Below are positions 43,401 to 58,400 of a stretch of 64,000 nucleotides of DNA, piece after piece. A program made the position numbers and the translations under genes. Every line of letters starts with the position of its first letter. Position 1 is the stretch's first letter. Under the pieces are notes generated by a model. The model saw only the letters and a list, made by a program, of their open reading frames with translations. It was not told the DNA's origin and searched no databases. Origin of the DNA: Lytechinus pictus (Eukaryota); the NCBI RefSeq assembly GCF_037042905.1, contig NC_087245.1, positions 19,346,001-19,410,000 of the forward strand, written 5' to 3'.

Positions 43401-46400
43401 AGAAAAGAGCGACTTCACGAACAGCTGGTGAAATTTGGTATATTTCATTTATTACAAGAAAGGGTAACCAATCGCTCTTAACCTATGAATCACTTTATGA
43501 AACACCCACCTGAAAAGGGTTAAATAGTACAACTCCTGAAATAAATGGAAACTACATACGTGGATAACATGAAGAGGAACAAGGAGTGAGAAATTTTGTG
43601 ATATTTTAAATAATTTTCGCAGAATCCTTGACTAACCTCCCAACCACCCAAATCAAGGAAAAATTACACAGAACACTGACTACACAAAAGATCAGAAGTT
43701 CTGGCACCCATTCCATAAAGGACTTGTGATTCAGGTACATTTGCCACTATGGTAAATTTCATCACAACATGACTCAGCAGCCAATCAAAATCTAGGTTCC
43801 AGTGGTATAAAAATGGCAAACTTGCCATAATCGTAAGTCTTGAAATTGACCTCTGGATTAAGCACATGTGTTTTAAACAAGCTTTCAACAATGATACTTA
43901 AACTGTAACTGGTTACTTGAAACAAAACTTTACATGTAGGTACATGAAGATATGCTTCAGTACAAAACTTGACAAATCTAACCAACACTCGTTAAAGGAG
44001 ACAACCAACGTAAAGGACCACAGATGTAAGTTCTTGGATACCACTACCACCACCAGGGGGAACAGGTAATACGTTGTCTCTTCTTACCAAATGGATACTT
44101 AGTGATCGCTTTTGTATCCAAACTAGGTTTGCCCTGTCCTGCTTTGTTTTCTGCTATCACTCGGAAGTAAAATATTTCATTCTTGGTCAACTCCGTGACC
44201 CTGTAATCAGTGTCTTTGATAGCAACTTTGTTGATTGGTGACCACCGTGGACGGTATTCCTCCTTCATCTCAATGTAGTATCCCGTGACACGACTGCCAC
44301 CGTCTAATTTTGGAGGGCGCCATGCGAGATGGATACTACTGGGCGTGGCTTTTGTGATGCTAGGGGCAGAGGGGGCCCCAGGGACGTCTATGGTGTTCAT
44401 GTAATACGAAGTTGGAATGAATGTATAGGAAGGGCATGCAAAATTGAGAAAAAAAGCAAAAAATACTCTTTGAAATAACATGCCTGTGGAATATAATTCA
44501 ATTTAATCATCATGTGAAAGATTTAAAAATGAACAATGTACATGGAATTGTTTTTCACATTAACAACTTACAATCATGAATGAATGATACTACAAGAGAC
44601 TACTTCATCACACAATATGCAATCAAGCTCTTTACAAAATGTACTTCTTCATAATTACATAGCACACATCTTCTTGCATCAAACTGCAGCAAAACAAAGA
44701 GCATTTATTATGCAGAAAATATTAAACACATGAATTTGCAAAATACTATTAGTATCATTCATTCTGTTTTCTTTCCATAGATTTCATGCAGTCAAAAGTC
44801 ATGCCTGATTGTATCATTAAGCCTTTATTATAATGGCAAACTTAGTTCTCTGAATATGGACTATTGTATGATTCTGAGAACAGCATTTATGTATTGTTCT
44901 GAACAATTATGAATCTGCTTGATCTTGGAGGTGGGGGATAGGAAGAGGGACTTTCAGGACAGACAGACTATCAATGTTATTCATTTGAAACTTGTGTCCC
45001 TGCAAGAAAATAAGTTCAGCTGGACATCAGGACGAAACTGTCCTTGGAAATGAAGTCCAGTGGTTGAGACTATAGTGGTCGAATAATTTTATTCAACATT
45101 CAAAATCATGCAAAAGCACACTGATCATTGTAACCTCAGGAGATTATTTCTTCTTAATTCATTATCTTTTTTAATATACAGCTACAGAATCCCCCTAAAT
45201 TCATCTCTTTAATCAGACATATTCAGACTTTGCATTCCCTTGTCGAAACTCTCCTCTGCCGAAAAACGTTTTGCTGTAGCAGCTGCCAAGACTTGGAATG
45301 CCGTTCCTCTTCCAATAAGAAATGCTTCCAGTATTCTTGGCTTAAAATCTTCCCTTAAGACATATCTTTTTCCTCAATAGTTAATTTCCCTTTTTATCTT
45401 GAATATTGTGGTCTTTATTGCAAATGTTAAATTATTATTCATACATTGTACACGCTATGGTACTTTTTTGTTTTTAGCACCTCTGAATATCCATTATTAT
45501 TATTATTATTATTTAAAACATTACAGCCTTCCTGCAAACATATAATAACAAAATTTTGCCAGAATTGAAAAATATCCTTTACAGCAAAATATTTGTATTC
45601 TATTCGACTTATCAAGTATTTGAATAAAGCAAAATAGACAGTTTGCACCATAAGGAAAGAGTATTTGTTTAATACATGAATCAAAGGCTGATAATTCTTA
45701 CCGAATGGATGCTTTGCAATGACAACAGTTTCCATGCTGGGTTTGCTCTGCCCTGCCTTGTTTACCGCACTGACCCTGAATTGATACTCTGTCCCTTCCT
45801 TGAGGGTCGTCAGGGTACATGTAAGCTCTGTCATTGAATCCTTGTTGACTTGGGTCCATCGGGTAGCATATCTGTCCTTCATCTCCAGGATGTAGCCGGT
45901 GATGGGGCTACCTCCATCTCGCTTTGGAGGAGTCCACGTCAAGGTAGCCGTGGTCGGTGTGACATTTGATGGTTCCGGAGCATCAGGAGCAGCAGGAACA
46001 TCTTGTAAATGAAATGAAATAACAGTTATGGTTTATTGATAAATTTTGATTACTGTTTCCTAGATACCCAGGTTGAAAGGCAATATTCAACCATTTAGAA
46101 ATAAATATACAATGTAATTCTCAAAGAGTTTGAGACTAAAGTTAGCTTGTTTGAAAATATATGGACATACACAATACAGTGGGAGTAGTACCTTCTGGAA
46201 ATGAATGAATAGAGAAAATTTCATAAGCAGTTTTGAGTTTAATTACTATAAAATATCTCTTTTCAGAAAAGCAGTGGTGGTAAGTATTAAGTAATATATT
46301 TTTATTTAAGGATTTTTTAATTTTCAGAACATTTGTCTAATAAATACAAGGTACAGTTAAATCATTAACAAATGTGTTAAATCACAATGCTCAAGCTTAC

Positions 46401-49400
46401 CAAATGGAGCCTTGGCTATAAATTTGATGGAAGGATTACTAGGTTCTCCTGGGCCAACCTTGTTCTCAGCAATGACCCTAAACTCGTAGTCATTCTTCTC
46501 AACAAGGTCTGATACTGTCATTGTAGTTTCCTTGACCAGAGTTCTGTTGACCCTGATCCAGCTCCTCCCCTTTTCTCGTTTCTCCACTGTATATCCAACG
46601 ATGGTGCTTCCGCCATCTGAGGTAGGTGGTGTCCAGTTCAGTGTAACAGAATTCTTGTCAATGTCACTGACCTCAGGCATACCAGGTGCTCCTGGAGGCT
46701 TAACAGCTACCAATGACACTTCACTTGGTTTGCCTTTCCCTGCTTTATTGACAGCAATGACGCGGAATTCAGCGTTCTCTCCTTCTTTCAGACCCTTGAC
46801 ATTGAAAGATGTTCCATCGATGGAGTCTGTGACAGGGATCCAGCGACCAGACTTGTCCTTCTTCTCCAAGATGTAGCCTGTGATGTCAGCACCACCATCA
46901 GATCTTGGCGGGTCCCAGGAGAGCTCAACTTCTGTTGGGGAAATACGCTTCACTTCGGGAGCACTAGGTGCTTGAGGGATGTCTACATTAGAATATATAG
47001 ACAATGAGAAAAGGTTTGTAAGAACATGGAATACTAATTTTTGGTAGACATCAAATATCTTTGTTTGCGATTAGACACCAACTTTCCATTTGAATCATGG
47101 GTGATCTGTTGTTAAGTTTCAGCATTGAATATACATGTATCAGCAATATTTTACATTTGATTCTGTTGTATATTAACTGTTATTTCTTTCTAGTTCCGGT
47201 ACTGTCAATCAATTTAAATACAGATAACTCACGTCCATTGAACAAAACTCACCGAATCCATATTTAGCAACGACCTCAGTCTCCTTGCTAGGTTCACTTT
47301 GGCCTTCTTTGTTTTCTGCGATGATCCTAAAGGTATACTCAGTCTTGTCTTTCAAACCAGTCACCTTGAATGTGAGCTCAGTGAACAAGTCTTTCTTAAG
47401 GATGGTGAACCGTGTGCTAAATTTATCCTTCCATTCGATGATATAATTAGTTATGGGGCTTCCACCATCATCTTTTGGTGGGGTCCAGGTAAGAGTTAGG
47501 CTGGTTGGAGTGATTTCCGAGCCTTTGGGGGCTCCGGGTGCAGTAGGCACATCTGGTGTAAGAGAGAGAGACCAAAGAATAAGATATTAAAACTAAATGA
47601 TTACTCTATAGGGATCAAACATCATTTTGTTCTTAGATCATGATATAAATTGGTCAAAGTTCTAAATGGAAGTAAAGAAGAAAGAATTTTTTAGATTTAC
47701 ACTACATGGTTGGTCTAAATGAATTTTCCTTTAAAATAAGTAAATAAAACTCTTACCAAATGGAGACTTTGCAATGAATTTTGCTGATGGTTCACTAGGC
47801 TGTCCCTGTCCTACCCTGTTCTCTGCAATCACTCTGAACTCATAGTCGGTCTTTTCTGTAAGATCGGTGACCTTCATAGTGAGGGAATCTACAGGTTTCC
47901 TGTTGACACGTATCCAACGGTCTCTGCCTTTCTCTCTCTTCTCCACAATGTAGCCAGTAATACTGCTGCCACCATCTGAGGAAGGTGCCTTCCATGTCAC
48001 AGTTGCAGAAGTCTTGTTGATATCGCTGACTTCGGGTTTCCCAGGAGCACTAGGTGGCTTGGCAGTCAGGATGGTCACTTGACTTGGTTTGCTCTGACCT
48101 GCCTTGTTGACAGCACTGATTCTGAACTCGACGTCCTCATCATCTGGAAGACCTTTAACAGTAAAAGTGGTACCATCAATGGAGTCAGATGACACAGGTG
48201 TCCAGCGGCCAGACTTATCTTTCTTTTCAATGATGTAACCAGTAATATCAGATCCACCATCTGAGAAAGGTGGGGTCCAATCAAGTTGGATAGATGTTGG
48301 TGAAAGACGCCTAACTTCGGGAGCACTTGGTGCTTGTGGTATCTCTGCAGATTTTAGAATACAGAATATGGGTAGAATTCATTAGAATGTTGCATTTCAT
48401 TGGAATGGTTTTAGGTTAACTATTTAGCAAGTTAAACTGGTAATTTGGTAATTGAGACAATGCCATAATAAGTTTTACTTTTATGCTTTGTTAATTTAAT
48501 TATGAAAAAGAAAGCTCATAATCATACATTATGAATACTACCATTGTAGCTCACCTGCCTGCACATGTTTATTGACATTTTCTGATATTCGATAGAACAG
48601 TAAGGAGAATAACACTTACCAAAGCCGTATTTGGCTACAACTTTTGTCTCCCTGCTTGGTTCACCGGGTCCAGCTTTGTTCTGAGCAATCACCCTGAACA
48701 GGTACTCTCCATTCTCTTTCAGGTTCTTCAAAGTGAAGGTGAGATCAGTGATTGTGTCCCGAGTTACCGGACTGAACTTGGTGCTGTACTTGTCCTTGGA
48801 TTCGAGGATGTATTCAGTGATTGGGCTGCCACCATCAGAATCAGGAGCGGTCCAGGTGAGAGTCACAGAGTTTGGACTGATATTAGAGGCTTTTGGTAGA
48901 CCAGGAGCAGTTGGTACATCTGTTTTCAAACAATAACATTGACAGTTGAATGCACTAGCAAAAATATGCTTTTATATTAAGTTATCATTGTCATAGAAAT
49001 TAATCTTTCCAATACACCATTATAAATTTTAATCCATTTATTAACATGATGGCAATTAAAGGAATATGAAGAATTAAGCACAGGAGATCATATCTTGAAT
49101 ATTTTTTTAAATGATACTTTGTGAAATGAAAGAAAATAAATGTTTGTTTGAATATTTATTTGAATTAATGAATACTATCGTCAGCAAATAAATCAATTAT
49201 GCAAACAAGAACATTTTAAATGCAATATTCTACTCACCAAACGGTGCCTTGGCTAAAAAGCTTGCAGATGCATCACTTGCTTCTCCGGGTCCTGCCCTGT
49301 TTTCTGCAATAACTCTGAACTCATAATTGTTCCTTTCCACAAGGTCAGGTACCTTCATGGTGATCTCGGTAACAGGTTTTCTGTTGACTCGGACCCAGTG

Positions 49401-52400
49401 GTCACGTCCCCTTTCTCTCTTTTCAACGATGTAGCCTGTCACCGGACTGCCACCATCACTTTCAGGTGCAGTCCATGTGACAACAGCAGATGTCTTCTGG
49501 ATATCAGAGACTTCAGGCTTGCCAGGGGCACTTGGTGGCTTGGCTGCAACAACCGTCACTTCACTGGGTTTACCAGTACCTGCCTTGTTGATGGCACTGA
49601 CCCTGAACTCCACGTCCTCTCCTTCTTTCAATCCCTTGACAGTGAAGGTTGTGTCTTCAACGGAGTCTGATGTCACAGGTGACCATCGACCGGTCTTGTC
49701 CTTCTTTTCAATGATGTAGCCAGTGACCTCTGAGCCACCATCGGATGTGGGTGCTGTCCAATTGAGTTGGACGGACGTTGGTGAGAGACGTTTTACTTCT
49801 GGGGGAGCTGGCGGTTTTGGAGCCTCTGTAAATCAATTGATTAGCATATATATGTACTTTAAAGTTTAAAAGCAATTATGTTAAATGATATTATTTGTAG
49901 CTTATCTTTAATGTATTAATTATTTCAAAATAGTAAATTTTTCATTATATAATAGTAAATTTATCCAAGTGAGCAATCCACCATGTACATTTTTTCTTTG
50001 GTAAAGAAAATGATAGCTGTATACTTTTGTATATTACAAATAAATTTGTCACACTACACTTGATCCCAGACCTAGGAATATAACGTACAGGGGTATGAAT
50101 AGTAAATGCTAGCTACAATATAATTGATAGGAAGATACAAATATATATTATAAAAATTGTACACTCACCATATATTGAAATGTGAACTGATCAAATCTCA
50201 AATTAATATAAGAATTCAATTAGAATTATCTTTTAACTATGAAATTGCACACAAGATAAATGTATATAAACAATGCTCAATAAGCGAAGATGCAATACAA
50301 AGAGAAATAGTAAACATGTTCATGGAACAGGCAGTAGGTAGAACAAGGAATCAGTGACAATCTCAAAACATTTTATCAAATAATCTAAAAGGGGGATGAA
50401 AGGAGGATGTTTTACCAAATGGGAATTTTGCAGTGACATTGACCGATTGACTCGGTTTGCCCGGCCCAGCGAGGTTATGGGCCACCACGCGGAATTGGTA
50501 GTTCTCATTCTCTTTCAACTTCTTCACTAGTAGTTCCGTCTCATTGATCGGTTCTCTGTTGACTGGGGTCCACCTTGTGCTGTATGGCTCCTTCATTTCG
50601 ACGGTGTAACCCGTAATTGGACTACCGCCGTCATACGAGGGCTCTTTCCATGTGATGATGGCAGAGGTAGGGGTAGTATCCTTAGCAACAACATATCCGG
50701 GTGCTTCTGGTGTTTCTGTTTTCCATTTAGTAACCATGGAGATGATTTGAGGATGGGGTATGGTGGGAGAGAGAATAATGAACAAAGCATGCAAAGAGCA
50801 TTCACTTTCACTTCTTGAATCATGCATCCTTGAATAAGAGATGGGAATGCATGGTAAGGTCATTTTATCAAATTCAAATAGGATAGTGTCAATGATATGT
50901 GCAGACAGAATTATTCATATTTACAAAGATGATTATTAGGTATTGAATTCGAAATGACAAAGTTTATTTACTTTGTGGATGCAAATGTACGAGTTAAATA
51001 GATAGTTTCCCATATTTTGTTTCTTAATATTCAGAATTGTCTTTTGATAAGACCAATTCACAGAGCTCATGATATAGTGAAAATATCATTTTATCTCGTT
51101 TGGGTATTTTGATGATGTGTCACAATTCATAGCAATGACACTACCCTAAATCAATCTTGTAAGAATACTAAATAGGCTAAAAGCCAATCAACATACTTAA
51201 AACATGAAGTAAATTCAAGTCATTCAATAACATACAAAACTTACAATTTATTTTACCAGGCCACACATGGATGTCTAAATATTTAAGAGCAAGACAGTTT
51301 TAATTTTCTTACATTAACTATTAAATATCTACTTTGAAAAACTTAATGTGTGGCCCAGTGAGATATGTGCTTTTAAAAAAGAAAAAAAAATGCTTAATCA
51401 GCTTTTAAAAAAGATAAAAATTCTTAATCATAAATCATCTAATGCTTCAAATAAATGTATCTGGATGCTTTAAAAAGGTACTATGGTATTGATGTTTTGG
51501 GTTTCAAAACAAGACATCAAAAATATTCATGCACCTTCATGAATGAAAACATGCTTAAAAACCGAGAGGGGATCATAGCTCATCTATTCAACATCCGACA
51601 TCCATTAAATGAGACCCTGATTGGGTGTAATACTTTTTCTACATACTATAACTATGATAAATGAAAATTATGAGAAAAAATGATGTAGGATATCTTAGAT
51701 TAAATTATTAATAAATCCAGCATTCTGGCACAAAGCTTGAATAAATACATTCAAAGGTCTGATAAATATTGTACTACTGAATAGTAGAGTAGGATCAAGC
51801 AATGAACTTTAAATGGGTAAAGATAAACTTTGGGTAAAATAACATAAAAAGGAGCATTCTTTTACTCACCAAACTGGTGTTTGGCGATGAACTTGCATTC
51901 ATGACTTGGTTTACTTGGGCCAGCCTTGTTCTCTGCGATGACACGGTACACATACTCATTGTTCTCCTGGAGGTTGGTCACACTGAAGGAGGTATCTGGG
52001 AGAAGGTCCTTGTTGACTTTAGTCCAGCGAGAGCTGAACTTGTCCTTGGTCTCCAGGGTGTAGCCTAGTATAGGCCTGCCTCCATCAGAGTCAGGTGGTA
52101 ACCAAGACAGTGTGGCAGATGTTGGAGTGATGTCAGATGCAGCAAGGGAGTAAGGAGGCTCTGGTTCATCTGCATAAAGGGCAGGAAGAATACGTTTAGG
52201 GGTTGATATGGTAATAATAAAAACAATGCCTATGGAAGGTGAAATAAAACATTTAATGTACGTATGAATGATTGCAACAATTCTTTTTGCATTTCGCAAT
52301 GGGTGATTTCACAGGAACAATGTAATTTTGTCACCAACACCTATTAGTTTTTATCTTATATTCCCTTTTCTAGTGTCTAGCTATTTTGGTCTAATCATTT

Positions 52401-55400
52401 CCTTATTCCATGCATGATATTGTGGTACTTAGAAATGATAAAAGAAAAATTACACAGTGAGTCATTCTTCAAGAACAAGCATGTCTTATGATATCAAACA
52501 TACACTATACTGATACGGACTATCAAGGCATGATTCCATTCTGTATATCTTCTTTTTTTCATCCGCAGATTCGGGTATTGAAGAATTGCTTTGATTGCTT
52601 TCATAATAAATATGAAATGAGGTGATCATTTTCCAATGTAGGAAAGCCTATTTGTATTTTGAAACGAAATATCAGGTGTTACTTCTTATAAATCTTCATT
52701 CTAAAATAGTTTTAGAGTCTGAAACAAAATCTGTCTGAAATAATTTTGAACCTACCAAATGGAGCCTTGGCCGTAAATCTTGATGATGGGCTGCTGGGTT
52801 CGCCAGCACCAACTTTGTTTTCAGCAATGACTCTGAACTCATACTGGTTCTTTTCTGTAAGATCATTGACTTTCAAGGTAGTATCCTTCACCGGGCTCTT
52901 GTTGACCCTCACCCAGCGATCTCTTCCTTTCTCCCTTCGCTCTATGGTGTAACCCGTGATTGTGCTACCTCCATCAGATGAGGGCGCTGTCCACGTCACC
53001 GAGGCTGATGTCTTGTCAATGTCACTGATCTCGGGTGCTTCAGGAGCACTTGGTGGCTTGGCAGCTAATGTTGCTACCTGACTTGGTTTTCCAGTGCCGG
53101 CTTTGTTGACAGCGCTGACCCTGAATTCCACGTTCTCACCATCTGGCAGTCCTTTCACCGTGAAAGACGTCTCGGTCTCAGATTCGGTCACAGGAGACCA
53201 ACGTGGAGACATCTTTTCCTTCTTTTCCAAGACATAGCCGGTGATCTCAGATCCTCCATCTGATTTGGGAGGGGACCACTTGATGGTAGCAGAAATGGGA
53301 GACTCTCTGGTGACATTGTGTATAGTTGGTGCTTGAGGTGGTTCTATATAGAAATAGAGAGATACTTGTACAGAATTATATTATATAAATTATGCTTGAA
53401 ATTATAAATTAACGTCATTTGTATAGACAGTTAACAATTGTACTAGAAGAGCAGAAACACACACTTTCAGCAACAGAACGTCTAATAAAGCTTCAAACTT
53501 ACCAAATGGATATTTGGCTGTAACCTGAAGTTCTGGGCTTGGTTTACTTTGTCCAGCCTTATTCTCTGCAATCACTCGGAACTGATACTCCTCTTTCTCT
53601 TTAAGATTTGGGATGACTACAGTGGTTTCTGAAATCAATTCTCTGATGGCCTTTGTCCAACGGGAGCTGAACTTATCCTTCATCTCCACAGTGTAGCCTG
53701 TGATAGGGCTTCCACCATCAGAAGCCGGAGGTGTCCAGGTTAAGGTTACAGAGGTTGGAGATAAGTCAGAGGGTGTTGGTTTACCTGGTGCATCAGGAAC
53801 ATCTGTTAAAATAAATTTTGAAATAATAATAATAACAATGCTAATATTTATTACAACTGTGTAAATAGTTTGGGCCATTCTGAGAAAACGCAGTTCACAT
53901 GTAAAAACAATTATGATAAGAATAAAAATATAATTTATGATACTGCTAAAAACAATAAAAGTATATATAGGTTTTATTAGCCGCAGACCACACCATGGTT
54001 AGCATTGTTTGTCATAGAGGTAAATAGGTCACCAGAACACATTATTCACACAAAGAAAAAGTCCCTTCTTCACGTAATAGGCAATATGAAATATTTTTAC
54101 TTGATTAAATTTATATAATACTTCATGATTCTTTACCATATGGAGGCTTGGCCACAAATGGTTTACAGGCATCACTGGGACTCCCAGGCCCAGCTGGATT
54201 GACAGCAATCACTCTGAACTGATATTCATTCCCTTCCTTTAGGTCTTTGAGAGTGATTGTGACAGTATCTCCTTGCGTCTGGCCAGCCTTGGTCCAACGG
54301 GAAGAGAAGCGGTCCTTCCGCTCAATGATGTACTCTGTGATTTCCGCACCACCATTGCTGGAAGGAGGTGCCCATTCTAGATGAACTGATGTCTCGGTAA
54401 TGTCAGATGGAACAGGTGTACTAGGTGCTCCAGGAACATCTGGATATTAAAAAAAAATGAAAAAGGTTTGTTAACAGACTTCCAATCCTAAATTTGATTG
54501 GGGAAGTGTTAGACCCACTGGAAAGTTCACAATAACCTTTTGCCACTGATATCATAGAATATAATTTTAATTTATTGTTAGCTATTGATCTTTGGTTAAA
54601 AAATACCTGAATATCAGAATATATTATTTAATATAAAAAGAGTGTTAAGAAGACAGATGTTTCTATATCTCACCAAATGGTAGTTTGGACTTGATTGTCT
54701 CAGAAGGCAGACTTGGTGGTCCTACACCAGCTATGTTCACAGCACTGACACGGAAATCATAGATGGCATCTTCTGTCAGTCCTGTAACAGTGAAGCTGGT
54801 CTCAGGAACAGGTTCCTTGTTGACATTAGCCCACTTATCGCGAGATTTATCCCTCTTTTCAATGATGTAGCCTGTAACCTCGGAACCACCGTCATCATCA
54901 GGAGGTAACCAAGTGAGATGGACAGAGGTTCGATCCACATTGGTTGGTGTAGGAGGAGGAGGAGGGCCAGGCTCATCTGAAACAAACAATCAATCATAAA
55001 AGATAATTAACAATCGACAATCAATTTAAGAAAAAAAGTTAAACATTTACCTCCATTGATTATCATTTGTTACAGGTGCTTAAGATAACATAAGTTTTGA
55101 GAATTATTTACAGAATAATGTGCAAGAATTCAAAAGCACAAATGAAAGACTCATAATATAAAGATTAAGATATATACATACATGTACATTAATAATAATT
55201 GCAGTTGATCTAGAAGAATTACAATAATACCATATCACTGAATACCACATCTATTGGTGAAAACATGAACAAAATGCATACCATAAGGTGGCTTAGCCTT
55301 CTTTGGTTGGGTAGCTGGACTTGATTCGCCAACACCTGCGGCGTTTTCAGCACTGACCCTAAACATGTAGTTTTTACCCTCTGTGAGGTCATTGAGAGTG

Positions 55401-58400
55401 AGTGTTAGTTCAGTGACAAGGTCTTCTTTGTGGGCCTTGGTCCAACGTTTACGATCGGCATCGCATTTCTCCACAATGTAGCCCAGGATTTCAGCACCGC
55501 CATCATCTGTAGGTGGTGTCCATGTTAGGGTCATGCGGGTCTTGTCAACATCACTGATGTCTGGAATGCCTGGTGGTCCTGGTACATCTACAAAGGATAT
55601 AATAAAATTGAAAATTAAGTACGATTAAATAGAAAATTGGAAGGACAAAGAGAAGGAATGATTAACAAATACTTTAATTGTGTTTTGACTATACACTGTG
55701 TATTTATTGTCTTTACAACTTTAAAGTCAACTGGCTTCACATGAAAAAGTCAAAGTTTATTTTCCTATTTTGCATTAAATATGCTGCTGTATGTATCACG
55801 TAAATATTGAATGATCACCTAATTTGAGAAAATACTAATGAAACATAATACTCAGTAGCTTTTGATTTATAATTTAATCTGGGGGAGAGAACAAACAATA
55901 CATATTAACAAGTACATATTGAAAAAGAATATGTACAAACACGCAAAATGTAACACAGGAAAACAATCCATCATTATACTTACCATAAGGTGGTTTGGCC
56001 CTGCGCTGGTCAGATGGCTCACTGGGTTTACCAATGCCAGCTTTGTTTTCAGCCGAAACCCTGAATTGGTAGTCGTTGCCTTCCTTGAGGTCAATGATCG
56101 TGTACACCACCTCCTCGATCGATGTCTCCTTGACCTTTGTCCATCTTGAAGACACGCGATCTCTCTTCTCCACCACATAGCCTGTGACTGGGGAACCACC
56201 ATCATTTTCAGGTGGTGTCCAGGTTATTGTCATTGATGTGCTGTCCACTTCCAGTATGTTTGGCTTTCCAGGAGGACCAGGAACGTCTAGAATGTTTTAG
56301 AGGAAATTATGAACCAAATAAGATATTAACTTATAGTGGTAAATAAAAGTAAGTAAGATTATAATTTGGAACTTAATTCATATTAGGAGAAGCAGCTTTA
56401 TTGACTTTATTGCTTTAAGTAAAATTGTTCCTAGATCAAGGCATAGGACTAAAATTCCTAGGATATTCACATAATCATTATAATCACATATATTTTTAAA
56501 TTTTGTTTATGTGAAAAGACTATGTAGTTACTTACCATATGGTGCTTTTGCAATTTTGGAATCTGATGGTTGGCTGAAGGGACCAGTGCCAGCAAGGTTA
56601 ACAGCTGCAACACGGAACTCATATTCCTTCTTCTCGATCAGACTCTTGATAGTAACTTTAGTCTCAGTAGTGGTTGTCTTCAAGGACTGTGTCCATTTGC
56701 CATTGTTTTCCATCTTCTGGATGATGTATCCCGTGATTGGGCTTCCACCATCTGAATCAGGCACAGTCCAGGTGAGTTCCATCTGTGTTTTATCTGCTGA
56801 TGTCACTTCTGGCTTTCCTGGAGCTGAAGGAGCATCTGATTGGATATTATAAAAACATAGTGATTAATAATGCTGATTATAATTTTCTTTTGAGCTTTTC
56901 AGGATTAGTGATGGAATAATTCAAGTAAAAAAAAATGCATGTAGCAACATAGATATAAACAATTGTTATTGGTATGTAAGTGTATTGATTATAACTGAGC
57001 TGAAAAAAAAACAGATTCTATTTTTTTTTACATTCAAATTGTAAAAGTAAGTCTAATATTTACCAAATGGCAACTTGGCTTTTTGTAGATTGGAGGGCTC
57101 ACTTGCAGGTCCAGGACCTGCTAAGTTCTCAGCAATGATTCTGAACTGATATTCAGAATCCTCAGTCAGGCCAGTTACTGTGAGTGTTGTCTCAGTAACT
57201 GTCTCCTTTGTGACACGGACCCATCGAGATGAAGTCTTCTCTTTGCGTTCTACAATGTATCCAGTAATTGGGCTACCACCATCTGATTCAGGAGGGGTCC
57301 AAGTGATTGTCATCTTGGTGATGTTGTACGCAGTGACCTGTGGTTTACCTGGGGCTCCAGGGGCATCTGAGAATAAGAAATGTGATTACAGGAAATATTC
57401 ATAAAAATCTAGACATAATGTGATGCAATGACAAATCTTTTGAAAATCTTACAGTCATTTTGCTAATGCTTGATTTCATTTTGGGGTTGCTTTTCCCCAA
57501 TAAACCACCTTAAAAAGGTATTTGAATTTACTTCTGTGCTTGATGCTCCAAAGAAATCTATTAAATTCTACTTCATGGTTACACTTACCGAATGGCAACT
57601 TGGCTTTCACAGTGTCTGATGGTGGACTTGGTTGACCAACTCCTGCTGCATTCTCAGCTGACACTCTGAACTGGTACTCGTTACCTTCATGCAGGTCAGA
57701 TATGGTCAGTGTCAGTTCAGTCACTAGATCTTTATTACACTTCACCCAGCGACCTCGGGCTGCCTCACATCTCTCAACGATGTAGCCCATGACAGGAGAA
57801 CCGCCATCATTTTCTGGAGGTGTCCAGGTAACTGTGATTGTTGTCTTGTTGATGTTTTCAGTAGTAGGTTTAGAAGGTGGGCCAGGTACATCTGTATGAA
57901 AAGAAAGTTAGAAGATGGGTTCATTAATTTTTTCCAAACAAATGAGCAAATACATTTAAGTCACCATATGAACTTTTTGTATAAGTATGAAATGCTTCAA
58001 TAACTGAATGTATAATTTTCAGGCTCATAGAATGAACAAGTGGAATGCCTCTGGCCGTCTCACCTGCATCACGCGATTCAATATAGCAGCAGTGCTGATT
58101 TTGAAAACTACTATAACTCGCACAAGATGTTCAGTGATACTTGGTTACTCTTATTTCCACGTTTTATGAACTAGACCAATACACTTATAGAGATATGATG
58201 GCAATTCAACAAATACCCCCAACGTGGCCAAAGTTCTTTGACCTTACATGACCTTTGACCTTGATCATGTGACCTGAAACTCGCACAGGATGTTCAGTGA
58301 TACTTGATTACTCTTATGTCCAAGTTTTATGAACTAGACCAACACACTTTCAAATTTATGGCTGTAATTCAACATATACCCCAATTTGGCCAAAGTTCAT

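Noticed and set aside
51257..51274. Second possible 18-nt microexon (atttag|ACATCCATGTGTGGCCTG|gtaaaa)
   Set aside because: In frame but weak donor; such matches are expected by chance, so not called without RNA evidence
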